64,000 nucleotides of DNA from Lama glama (lineage: Eukaryota), in contig CM052818.1 in assembly GCA_028534125.1 (NCBI GenBank), positions 29,514,001 to 29,578,000 on the forward strand, given 5' to 3'. How positions within the stretch are numbered: position 1 is the stretch's first letter; each line of letters starts with the position of its first letter. A program made the translations under genes and the position numbers. Under the pieces are notes generated by a model. That model saw nothing but the letters and a program-made list of their open reading frames with translations, made no database searches and was not told the origin of the DNA. Positions 38,571 through 50,740 of this stretch are shown piece after piece.

Positions 38571-39014
38571 ACCCAGAACTGCCACTTGGGGCCAGGCCCC
38601 AATATCAACTCTGGCAAAGTGTGAGACAGAAGCCCTATTTTGACATCCATTTGTGACGTGCACCCAGCCAGGTCCTTCGGCTTCCCAGGAGCCCAGGCAG
38701 AAAGCAAAGACGGCAGCGGCAGCAGAGAGAGCGGAAGAGAGAGGATTCATCTCTGAAGCCTCAAGGCTGGTAGGAAGCAGCGCCCTTCCTGCTGCCGCCG
38801 CGTTACTGCAGTGACCAAAGGAAAGCTGGCCTTCGGGCCAGCCTGTCCTCCTCCGTCCCCTGCCCAACAGAAGAGATTCTCCCCCTGCCCGCTGCTTTGG
38901 TTTGACCAGCAGTGTATTTTCAGAAAATTGTCCAAGAAACCTCTGTAGACCTCAATAAAATCAATCGTGGTCAAATCTGAGCTTGGAAACAAAAACCTTA
39001 ACCAAAGGAGCCAT

Positions 39015-39500
39015 TAGAATTTCGAGGTTCGAATAGGGCTTCAAAGGTTTTCGGACACAACTTTTATTTGAATGTCTCCAGTAACAGGGAGCTCATTATC
39101 TATTAAGATGGCACGTTCTAGTTAAGAGCAGTTCCTAAGAAGTGCTAGTCTTCCCTGAGCTGCAGTATGTCCTCACAGTCAGCTGCACCCGTTAATCCCA
39201 GTTCAGCTCCCCACAGCTTCACAATCTAATGCCTCTTCCACACGAGAGCCTTTCAGCTCCTCAAAGACACTGCCACCGAAGCCCAGGAAGCTGAAGTTAG
39301 AAGGGACGAGAAGAGATCTGCTTGGGTTGGCCCTCCACTGAAAAGAAGACAATTCTTCTGGAGGAAAAATACCCTCAGCTCTTGTCAAATGTTTTTCCAA
39401 GGCTGTTTCTCATTCACCAGTGGTTCTAACACAGAGATCAGGACACACAGTCTGAGGTGGGAAGACAACTTAGTGGCCAACCACGTCTTCCAGCACCTTG
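39015..39500 (-). mobile_element. CR1/L3 LINE relic
   Basis: ttgaatgtctccagtaacagggagctcatta and tctaatgcctcttccacacgagagcctttcag match L3 3' motifs. Confidence 0.7.
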
Positions 39501-39512
39501 CAAGATGGCGTT

Positions 39513-39690
39513 CCAGGAACTTTTCCTACTAAAAGCCAAACAGTAAATATTTTCGAGCTGTAGGCCTAAAGGATTCTGCTGCAACTATTCAACTCTACTG
39601 CAGTGACAGGAAAGCAGACTGTCAAAAAACAGTAAAGTCAGTGAATGAGTGTGGCTATATCCCAATAAAACTTTATTTAAAAAAATTTGT
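39513..39690. mobile_element. MER58 fragment, opposite orientation to 38423
   Basis: agtaaatatttt..gctgtaggcc...gcaactattcaactct...gaatgagtgtggctat..cccaataaaactttattta. Confidence 0.85.
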
Positions 39691-40683
39691 TTTCAAACCA
39701 GTGCTCTGAATGCTTTTGGGACATTTAAAATTTTTCTGGGACTATATCTCAGAAATACTAAAAACTACAAAAGAATGCTGATTCTATAATCAGACAAAAT
39801 TTACCAAGCTTGTTTGTTACTGTGTTTTTTTTTTTTAACAGTAACAGATTAGCTGACTCTAAGTTGTCAGATCAAGCTTACAAATATCCTGAGAAGACTT
39901 TGTGTGTGTAAGTGTGTGGAGCCCAAGGGAAAAAAAAAGAGACAACATTGTCCCACTTCAAAAGAATCTTAAATTCTATTTTTTCTGGCTCTTGGTACAA
40001 TAATGAAGTTGGAAGTCGGGTGCCAACTATTTTGTCTTCTCTGGCATTAGCTCGTGGTACCAGCAGCTGCCATGCAGATGCTCAAACCGTCACCTAAATT
40101 ATGCTCACTTAGGCGAACGGAGACATCCAAAGAAAGCAAGCACTTAATCATTATTCCCGTTTCACCTCCCAGCTACAGTAGTCACTTTAAAGGCACTTGA
40201 GAGTCTCCGGGCCTATTGTTTTTAAAATCTTAGCATGTTTCTTTGCCAGAGAAATTCTTTTTGGCCTGGAATCATCTGGATTTTCAAATGGCACAGACAA
40301 TTTCATATGACTTAATTCTAATTTTTATAATGTTCACATCTTCTTGGAAGCAGAAGGTAACATTTTATTTCGTATGTCCCCCCTTGTGTTTTACAAGCAT
40401 TCTGCTTCAAAGTAATCTAATTCTAAAACAGACGCTTGTATTCTCAGAGGGTCGTCTTGTGTCTACAGGAAGCACTTATGTCCTCATTACAATTAATTGT
40501 AGTTTCCCATGTCAATCTCAGAATCAGTACTGAAAAACTCAACTGTATGACACCGCATTGTCATGCACAGCTCTAAGAGGACCTCCATAAACAGTAAGTG
40601 CATTAGAAAATATTCTCTCCTATGTCCACTCCTTTAAAATTATTCCCACATATCTAGGGTATCATTTAAAAAGTTTAAGTTGT

Positions 40684-40841
40684 GAGGAGGGTGGCAAGGG
40701 ACAGACTGGGAGTTCAAAATTTGTAGACACTGACAGGCACAGGTAGAACAGATAAACAAGATTATACCGTATAGCACAGGGATTTGACAACATTGTAAAA
40801 TCACTATAATTCAATAAAAAAAGTTAAAAATAAAAAATTTT
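40684..40841 (+). mobile_element. Short L1 3' end with internal deletion
   Basis: ggggacagactgggagttcaaaatttgtag...tatagcacaggga..acaacattgtaaa..tcaataaaaaaa. Perfect 14-bp TSD aaagtttaagttgt at 40670-40683 and 40842-40855. Confidence 0.85.
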
Positions 40842-42999
40842 AAAGTTTAAGTTGTAACTGACTATACTTTTTAAAAAAGAAGAAAATAAGTAAGTATAAA
40901 AAATAAAAAGATTTTGTTTTTAAGTACACCAAGATACACTGCTGAGTTTCAACTTCTTCACACGTGACAAACTAAAGACAATACTATTCATTTCTCAAGG
41001 GTTCAGTGGGAATTCAGTAACAGTGGCCTATCCTCCAGGGTCCATCTGCTCTTTAAGGGGCATCTTCCTCAAATGCCTTGAATGAATTAATACCCAAGGA
41101 CCCCTGGAGCCTTGCATAAAGTAGGCAACCCAATAAATGTGGAACAAAGTGACTCAAAGGATGGCTATTCTACCCCACAGAGATCAGGAATGCACAGGAT
41201 GCTGGAGGTCATTCTGGTCGAACAGCCTGGCTTCTTCACCAGTCTAGAAAGTCACGCCCATGGGTCAAATCAGAGGAAGAAGGTCATCCCTGGCTGATGA
41301 AGAATTACGAGTCTTGAGAAGCCAAAGTCAGACCTGTCAGGAGTTCACAGGGTAATTGTTCATATAGCTTTCATGCTAGGTCCCTTTGACCAAAACATGT
41401 AATTTTTACATCTCTGTAGGTCAATCAGCCCCAAAAATCTTAAGGAAGCACTTTCAAACTTTGGGTTTTAGAGTCCTTGGCTAGAAACAGATTGCCTGGA
41501 GCAACACAGCACCTCCACTGGGCCTCCTTGTCAGTCAAGACACTACGAGTCAACATCCTGTCTGCAGCTTCTACCAGACCCTGCGTGCACGCATACCTCT
41601 GGGAGGAGGTGCTGGCACGTGGGCTACAACAAACCACAGATGTTCAGAGCGATGGCAAATGGGATGGAGGTGAAGCCAATACCTTCCCTAAGATAAGCTT
41701 TCATTTCTGCTTCCCCATCATTCATGACAGAGCACCATTCAGAAATGTAAACACTGTCCTTGACAAATGGACTTCAGTCGAGAAAAGAGCACAGCTGTCA
41801 TCTTTCAGTCATTAAACTCGGATGGGACCAAAAGCAAAGGCAGCCAAAGAAGTAAATATAACAATATCAGAGGTCATGAACAAAGAGTCTCTCCTCCGCA
41901 CTCATCCAGAACGCTGCGACAGCCCAAGAGCGGTCATCCAGCTTCAACAAGGGGGGCCGATGAGCACAGGCACTGGCCTCAGGGAAGGAGACAGAAGCAA
42001 CCTCTCTGTGGCTCAAAGCCACCACCCTGCCCTGTTGACTGGGGCCTGTTTAATGAGCCTTTGGAGCTCAAACAGTACACAGGTCACGAGGACGAGAAAC
42101 TGAGCTAACAGCTCATTCTTCCACTCTGCGGTCCACTGCTTGCCCGAAGGCCAAGAATTCTTTGAAGGACAAATTGTAGAAGGATGAAATAATGCCTAGG
42201 ATGACAGGACTTGACTGTTTAGCTCTCCAGGCTTGCCTGACTCCTCCTGGACTATTAAAATAATGGCCATAGAATACTCTGTTCCTCCAGAAAGGAGCTA
42301 TGTAAATAGAAATCAGTATCAAATCTATTACTTCATCAGATTCCCCCCCGGTCATGGAAAATTCTCCAAGAGGAAAACTCAAGAGATCTCCAGTTCTGCT
42401 GTGGGTACCTCCTCAGATAAGAATCTAGGCTTACATTCTAGAGTTTTTCCACAAAGAACTAAGTGAAGAGAGAAGAGAAACATTTGCTACACAGGTGATA
42501 CAATTTAAAAGGGGGGGGGAATCATCTGAGCTTCCTTCTCCTTTTAATTCTCCCCAAACAGTCACTGAAGGAAACCATATCAGTTATTCATTTACCCCAA
42601 ATACATACAGGATTTCCTTCCATTTCCTTACATGTAAGGAGACAGACCTTTAGAGAGGCAAAGGAGGAGAGTATATTAAATCATCTAATACAAGAATAAA
42701 GTTCTGGATATAATCTGAGTTCCTTGAAGAATCACTTATTTCTCATCAAAAAGCAGGCACTAAACATTTGCCGTGTGTAAAAATGTAAACACCATCCCCC
42801 AAATACTTTTTTGGCAGAAATGCAGCAGCTGACTAGTCACACACACTCAAGTATGGCTTCACTTATTATTTCACAGAGAAGAGGCTCTGCAGACATACGC
42901 CCACCTACCGAGCTGGACCCAGGGCTGTCCCGCCTGCCTCCCAATGGACGGGTGGTCCCACCTGAGGCCAGTCCCTCCACAGCAATTGATCCCCTTTCT

Positions 43000-45320
43000 C
43001 CCTTGCCCAAAGACTTATTCCCCATTCATTCCCACTGCCGTGCAAACACACTGTCCTGCAAGCCATCTGTCGGGAACACCTCTCCCCTTGCTGTACCCAT
43101 TCCACAATTGCAGACAGTGCTCTATTTCTCAGCTCTTCTCTCAGCAAAACTACTCCAAAGAGCTGCTCTCCTGGCTCCGCTGCCTCCCTCCCATCCTCTC
43201 TCGAACCTGCCACAGTCAAGCTTTTGCTAACAGCACGTCACCAAAACTGCCCCTGTGAAGGTCACCCCTGGCCTCCATGTTGCCAAATCCAATGGCAATA
43301 TTTCTTCTTTATTACTTCTTAAACTTTCAGCCTATTTGACACAAAAGAACCACTCTGCTTCGTGATGCACTTTCTTTACCTGGCTTCCAAGGTACTCTGC
43401 TCCCTCATTGTTCCCTCCTCCCTTGCTGGCCACCGCTCCTCACAGTCCTGGCCAGGGGAGGCCCCAGACCTCAGTCTTTGTAGCCTTTCCCTTCTACACT
43501 GACTTCCCAGATTCTCTCATCCCATTCTAATTATAGGTTTAAATACTCCACAGAACTCTGTATACAAAATGTTTAACTCTAGCCTGGACCCCTCTACCTT
43601 GTATATGTGCACATAGGTACTGGAGGGGTGTGTGTGTAACCAAGAATCCAACTGTGGGACTCTGCTAGGTAGATGTCTATGGTCTAAGGGACATCCCAAA
43701 TAAAACACTCAAAATGGAGCATTGATTTCCTCCTATACCCACCTCCAAACCTGTTCCTCTTCAAGTCTTCCCTGATCTCTGATTCTTCACCTTTTTTTGG
43801 TCATCTGAGACTCAACAGCACATGCAAATCCTGTCAACCCTATTTACCAAGTAGACAATTTCTCACCGCCTTCATGGCAAACACTCTGGTGTAATCCACT
43901 ACCATCTTCTGTCCGGATTATTTCAACAGTCTCCCAGCTGGACGTCCTGCTTCCCGCTTTACCCTGCTACAGCTTTTTCTCCACACAGCATTCAGTGCAC
44001 CCTTTAATGGATGGCGGTCAGATCAGGGTGCTCCTCCCCTCAGTGGCTTCCCAGCTCAATCAGAATACTCACCGAAAGCCTCACGACAGCCCGCTGGCTC
44101 TGCACAAGCTGTGAGCTCCCTGATCTCTCTAACGCCTGCCCCCAACCCACCCACTCTGGCTTCCCTGTCATTCCTCTAATACCAGGCACATTCCTGTCTC
44201 AGGGAACTTTCTGTTCCCTCTGCCTAGAATACTCTTCCCCAGATACAGGAGGTGAGGGAGGAAGCAGTCTGTTAAGACTTCCCCCAGAAAGTCGTATTTT
44301 CAGGAGGCTTCCTGACTACCTGGCATAAAACTGCAACAACATCCCTCCAACACATTACCTATCCACCATGCTGTATTTTACGTTTCCCATTTATTTATTT
44401 TTTTTCAGGGCCAACAATCTGCATTTTATTTATTTTTTTATTGAAGCATACTCTGTTATAATGTGTTCATTTCTGGTGTACAGCATAATGTCCCAATCAT
44501 ACACATACATACATATATTTGTTTTCATATGCTTTTTCATTAAAGGTTATTACAAGATATTTAATATAGTTCCCTGTGCTATACAGAGAATTACGGTTTT
44601 CATCTATTTTTATATATAGTAGTTAGTATTTGCAAATTTCGAACTCCCAAGTTTATCCCTTCTCACCCCCTTTCCCCTCAGTAACCAGAAGATTGTTTAC
44701 TATGTCTGAGAGTCTGTTTCTGTTCTGTAGACGAGTTCGTTAGTGCCTTTTTTCTTTTTTTTAGATTGTACATATTAGTGATACCATACAGTATTTTTTT
44801 CCCCTCTTTCTGGCTTACTTCACTTAGAAAGACAATCTCCAGGTCCATCCATGTTGCTGCAAATGGCACTGTTTTGTTCCTTTTTATGGCCGAGTAGTAT
44901 TCCATTGTACAAATATACCACAACTTCTTTATCCAGTCATCTGTCAATGGACATTTAGGTTGTTTCCATGTCTTGGCTATTGTATATAGTGCTGCTGCTA
45001 TGAACATTGGGGTATATGTATCTTTTCGAATTAAGATTCCCTCCAGATATATGCCCAGGAATGGGATTGCTGGATCATATACTAAGTCTATTTTTAGTTT
45101 TTTGAGGAATCGTCATACTATTTTCCATAATAGTTGCATCAAACTACATTCCCACCAATAGCATTTCCCACTTATTATAAATACACTTTACAGAGTTAGC
45201 GTTTGATTACCGTCATGAAAACAGACTCCACAAGGTCAGGGATATGTCTGGTCACTACTACATATTCAACATGTGTCTCATAATAAGTGCTCAAGAAATT
45301 TCAAATAAATAAGTGAATAA
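43000..45320 (+). mobile_element. L2 (reverse transcriptase remnant through 3' tail), split by an L1
   Basis: About 43237-43300 translates to VTKTAPVKVTPGLHVAKSNG, followed by a decayed LL.LSA.FDT motif, typical of L2 reverse transcriptase. Tail ataagtgctcaagaaat..aataaataagtgaataaa. Confidence 0.85.
44396..45161 (-). mobile_element. Lineage-specific L1, 5'-truncated (ORF2 C-terminus and 3' UTR)
   Basis: ORF 44678-45007 reads [44 protein letters not shown], the L1 ORF2 C-terminus. TSD cgtttcccatttatt (44381-44395) / catttcccacttatt (45162-45176). Confidence 0.93.
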
Positions 45321-48300
45321 ACTTCACTGACAGGGAACTAAAGAAAGAATATTTATCTAAGGGGTAACTGTCAGCCATGTTTGAAAAAATAAAGAATACT
45401 TCTGTGAAACCTTTAGCCTCAAACCATTTATTTTACGTTATATTTGTCAGAGAGAAGTTTTTCAGTCATAAAAGTTTCAGATCAAGGGAAAGCACAAGTT
45501 GTTACTCAGGAAACCCTACCATCATTACAAAACAGTTTTCCCAAAATCATTAAAACATTACCAAAAAGTGGCCAATGAAATAAAGTAAAAATTTTCAATT
45601 AAACATGTGAATGAGAGAATGACTGAATAAACAGGAAAGAGAAATTTCTCAAGCACTTTTTCAAAAGAAAAACAGACAATTATTTGCTCCCCAAATTTCA
45701 CAACATATTATGCAAAAATCAGTGACACATAATGGAAACTTCCACTAATTTTATAAATAAAATTTATGATGACATCTAAGGAGTTTAGTTTTTAAATCTA
45801 TTTCTGATTTACTTTGTATTCACTCCCTTTGTTAGGCAAAGAACAAGGAGGAAATTAAAAACACTACTACCCAGATTCTTCGAGTCTGATGTGAATTGAC
45901 ATTAAGCCACAAAATCCACCCAAAAAGAGAAATACATTTTGATTCCCAGCTCAGTGAGATTGGCAGAGGGACTAACCGCAGGTCCAGCAACAAATGTGGT
46001 AGATTTCATCCCAAATTTCCACTTATTTTAGGAGGTGGGTCTTATTTCCATTTCACTCATTTAATCTTTGGTTTAGCTTGACTTGAGATTTAACGACTAA
46101 GATTTTCACCTAGAATCACACCTTTTCTCAACTCCAACCTTGCCCTGTCAGCCAGATTCCACTGTCCGCAGCAGGACTTTAAAAAGCACACCTTGAGACT
46201 ATCGGACTGTTTTCATCTTTCCTTTTTCTCCTTGGAGTTTTTCCTCTTAAAATACCAAACCTATGTTCCCTTCTCTAGAAATATAATTAAAGGTCCTATT
46301 TTTATCCCTGGAACATAATCAAATATATTTGAAGATATAATACATTTTATAGTCAATAGAAGCTAAATTTTACCCAACAAGTAGTTTACTCACCCAGCAG
46401 GCTCTGACCCAGTATTTGGGAAAAGAAAATACTGTTGGTAATAAAAGTAGAGAACTAGCAAAACAAACCAATGGCTCGCTGACATTTTCATTTTCTGACC
46501 TTTTTTCTAAAATATTTTTCTTTAACATCATAGACCCTGAGGGGATTCAATGGACCAGGCATTCTTCAGTTTACAGATGAGCAACACCCTGGAAAGCTCA
46601 GGACAGGCTGTGGACTTTAGTCCAAGGAAAGAGGTGACAACAACGTAACTGGACGAGGTACACGCCTCAGTCCTGCTGGCCATCGTCCCATGGTGTCTTC
46701 TTCAACATGACTTTAAAAACTCCCCTGTCTAGAACATGTGGACATCTCTCCTCTGCTCCTAATCCTGAATACCAGAGAACCATCCCATCCAGAATGGACA
46801 GTGGTGCCTGAAATGCTGGTGATGGAGTTGAAGAAATACAACCCCAAGAAGACAAGACTTAAGTTCTTAACTTGAAAAGTAGTAATGAATAATGGGAGGG
46901 TACTGGAGGGGCGCAATAGACCCATTTTCTCAGTTCTGAATTGAGAAAGTAATTCATTGCCTCGACCTAGAATCCCGACCATCATGGGAACCACACTTGG
47001 GGAGGGTTAGATGAATTTGCCCAGGGACTTTTAGAGGAGTTTTTTTTGGCATCCAGGTTCAAGCTGAGTAACATACTCATCTCCCAAGGGATAAATACCA
47101 TGGAAGGGATGCATTTTGTTTTTCATGTGAAATGTCTCCACTTCCCTCAAAGAACCTATGTCAGCCTTCACAGCAGCACAGCTCTAGATCCCACACTGTG
47201 GCCAGGGCTGTGGAGGAGGCTTCAGAGCAGCTGACAGGAGGACCACTGTCTCTGAATCAAGAGAACAAGCTGCCGGGCAGTAACACCTACCTGCCCTCCA
47301 CCGCTCACCCGCGTTCAGTCTGGCTAGTTTGCCTGCTCCTTACAGAAACAGTGGGCTAGATATGCTTCGCGTGACTCAAATTTTCTGTCCCTTAATTTTA
47401 GAACAGAATTAGGTTTTATTTATCCCCACATTTGTTGTTTTTCCAAAGAGAAGTAAATGGAGGCATTTGTTATCGGTCTATCACTCACCATTCCATAAAT
47501 AACATCAGTTTGTACGTAGAAAAGCAAGTCTGACTGAAATGGATAGATATCTACTAGGCTATGTGTTTACCAAGGAACGGACTTCATGGCTTATGCACAA
47601 GCTTGACTGGGTGGAGGCATTCCTCATGAGTGTCCCCAGTTATCTATACCATTTACTTTGAGACTTAGGATTCCATAGAGTCCATGTAATTGTTGTGACA
47701 AATACTTCTAACAAAATTAAACTCCTTAAAAGGAAATTAAAACTCTTCGCCCACCTACATCCGATCTAGCCTCAACTTCAGTAACCACATGTACAGCCGG
47801 GGCATCAGCTTGGTGTCCTCCCCAAAGAAAAGCTTTCCTCCCTTCTCTCCACCTTTCACCCTTTGACCTGACTCAGCTCCCCACTCCCCTCCACGATCTT
47901 CACCAACCCAGGCACAACCCAGCGTTACCATCTTCATTGTTTCTTGGCTCTTTGCACATACTTCTATTTATGTACATTTCTCTCCTCCAACTTTCCCTCA
48001 GCTTCAATCAAGCCAAAGAAAACAGTCTGTATTCTTCTCCTCCTCCGCTATTTTTAAACACACATCCCACCTGGTGATCCTCCCTTTTTGGGAAGGGGAA
48101 AGAGCATGTGGTGAGAGGGGAAGGACATAGGAAAGAACGCAGAGGGAGGAACTGAAGTGGAACCAGGGCAGTCTGAACTCAGGCTAGGAACATGGAGGGA
48201 GACTGACAACACACAGCGCAGTCACTTTTACCCAAACAACTAATACCTGGATGTCACAAAACACTAACAGAGCTGAATGCCATCAAGGTTCTAGTCCCTT

Positions 48301-49116
48301 CTTAAGGCGGGGTATGGAAATTTCTCCCTGATGCTGAAGGCAGACACCAGGAAGAAAATGACTCATTTCACTTCACAAAGCCTAAATTCTGCTTGAAAGA
48401 AAAAAAAAAGCCCAAAGACAAGGCAGAGAAGGAAACCAAACCCTCCGTGCTCTGGACAGGCATTCTGACTCCCTGGAGCGCCCTGGTCAGGAACAGACAC
48501 CTTGATGTGCCTCTGAGAGATCACAGTTCTTACATGCAGACAATGAAAATCCAGTGTGAACAATATACGGTAAATTGTATGCCTTTTATTTAAAGAAGCA
48601 CCAAGGAAGTTAAAGATATGAGTATCTTTGCAACTGTCAAAACTCCTCCAAAGTTTGATGGACTCAACTGAAAGAAAAATCTGTTAAAGCAACCAGTTAT
48701 ACAAAAGAAAACTAGCATTTTTAAAGCTCCAAAGTAGAGTTATAGAATCAGGGATATCCATACTTTGAGAACACCCAGCACAAATTTCTCTCTGACTCAG
48801 TTTTTAAGTGACTCCATCAAGTGCCCCCAGTTACTCTCCCCAAGGGATTACTGCCAAATTCAATACATCTCATTACAGGACAAGGTTTTAGCCTAAATAT
48901 TCCTGTTCTCAGAGTCACCATACTATATCTAGCTACGCTCCAGTATCATGTGATAAATAGAATAGAAAAAAATGATTAGCTGCCAATAAAAAATGAATTA
49001 CTGATGTGTAACTACACATTAAGTTTTTCAGCTGTCAGCTGATTCTTTTGAGGTTACTCATTTTCAACTTCTTTCCCTTTTGATGCTCATCAAGATAAGG
49101 CCTTTCCTGTTCACCA

Positions 49117-49624
49117 CTGATGGTTTTAAAACATGTCCACAAGGTCTCTGCTTTGTCTTTCTTCAAAAGATGACATCCAGTTCCCCTCCCCTTGAGCCTG
49201 GTTGGTCTTGGCGACTCATGTCTAAAGAACAAAATAAAGCAAAAGTGATATTTTGCGACTTTGGAGACTAGATCATAAAAGGCATGCACTGCAGCTTCTG
49301 TCTTGCTCTCTTTCTTGGATTGCTCATTCTGGGGGAAGCCAGCTCCCATGCTGTGAGAACACCTGGGGAGTCTACAGAGAGGCCCATGTGGCAAAATGTT
49401 GAGGCCTCCTGCCAATCACCACGTGAGTCAGCAATCCTGAAAGCAGATCTTCCAGCCCTAGGCAAGCCGTGAGATAACTGCGGCCCCTCACTGACATCCT
49501 GATTATAAACTCCATAAAAGAACCTGAGCCAGAACCAATCAGCTATAGTAATTCCCAATTCTCGACCCACAGAAACCAAGATAAGGTTTGGGATAGTCTG
49601 TTACACTGCAAAAGATAATATAAA
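49117..49624 (+). mobile_element. MLT1F-like MaLR solo LTR, near full length
   Basis: tgatggttttaaaacatgtccacaa..cccctccccttgag...ctgggggaagccagct.ccatgctgtgag...gagaggcccatgtgg...cctgagccagaacca..cagcta...tgttacactgcaaaagataa. Confidence 0.88.
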
Positions 49625-50649
49625 TTCACACACTCCTCCTTGCTTTTCTGACAACACAGGAACAGTAATGTTTGGACCTTTCTCAATGTATAGAGCACTG
49701 TCTACATGACGGATAAACTCATGACACATGGATGGAGTGCTTACTAAGTTGGACTGGACCACATACTGTGTGTTTGGCAGCAGGTGAGCGATCATATCCT
49801 TCATCTCACTTTATTCTTACAACCATTCCATGGAATAAGTGTTAAGATTTGTATTTCGCAGAGAAACTAACACAGCTTCAACAGGAGAGGACACAGTAAA
49901 GCCACTCACTGACCCTACCACCAGAATCCTGAAAACTAGAGAAGAAAAAGGACACACTGCATGATTCAACCCATCTACCTGAGAGGGCTGCAGCAGAGGC
50001 CGTATGAAATAATCTATAAGGATGTAATTCATAAGCTGTTAATGCTACGTAAATGTACGAAGGTATCATTATACGTGGTCAGCTCTTTACAGAGTAACTG
50101 TGAGAAAAAAACAAACAGGTAGTGACACTTACCCCACGATATGTTACAGAGCAAAACACACAAGCAAATACGGGAAATTTGCATCTCAGGATGTTTGCTT
50201 TCATAATCATACTTATTATTAAAAACCCTAGAATAAAGTAAAATTCTACTGTGGACTTTGGTTCCTACACAATTTCCAGATAAGATCTCACTGGCTTCAC
50301 ATTCTTGAAAGGCATCTTGAAATGCATTTCAAGCCGCCATAGGAATCCATGATTAGAAAGGCTTATTTTGCATTTGGACTATTTTTGGTTAAAACAATTC
50401 TTGCCGGAAGCTCTACATTGAGATAATTTTTCAAGTGTGTTATGGTCATTAAAGTCCTATATATAATAAAGTTGACAAGTTTTTAAAATACAGTCAAATT
50501 GACTTCATACAAAAGTAACTTAAAAGAAGAGGTGAACAGTCATCCTTCAATGAACAAGATTTGTTTCGGCAATTTTTAATTCATTCTATTTTTGGTTCCT
50601 AAAAAACAGATGCATAACACATAGGATACAGTTTAAACAGTCAAATAAT

Positions 50650-50740
50650 GTACTAAGATTACAATGTAACATACTGAATTACCGTGTATCAAGCACTTAG
50701 CTCAGTGGTTGGCTGTGCTAAGCACTAAAGAGATGAGAAA
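50650..50740 (+). mobile_element. MIR 3' fragment
   Basis: gtgtatcaagcacttagctcagtg..tggc...taagcact. Confidence 0.5.

Noticed and set aside
44678..45007. 109-aa ORF as a host gene
   Set aside because: It is the L1 ORF2 C-terminal remnant.
46394..46431. Possible 38-nt cryptic exon on the minus strand (ttttattaccaacag| ... ctgg|gtgagt)
   Set aside because: Frameshifting, no LTBP1-like peptide, and such pseudo-exons are common in long introns; needs junction reads.
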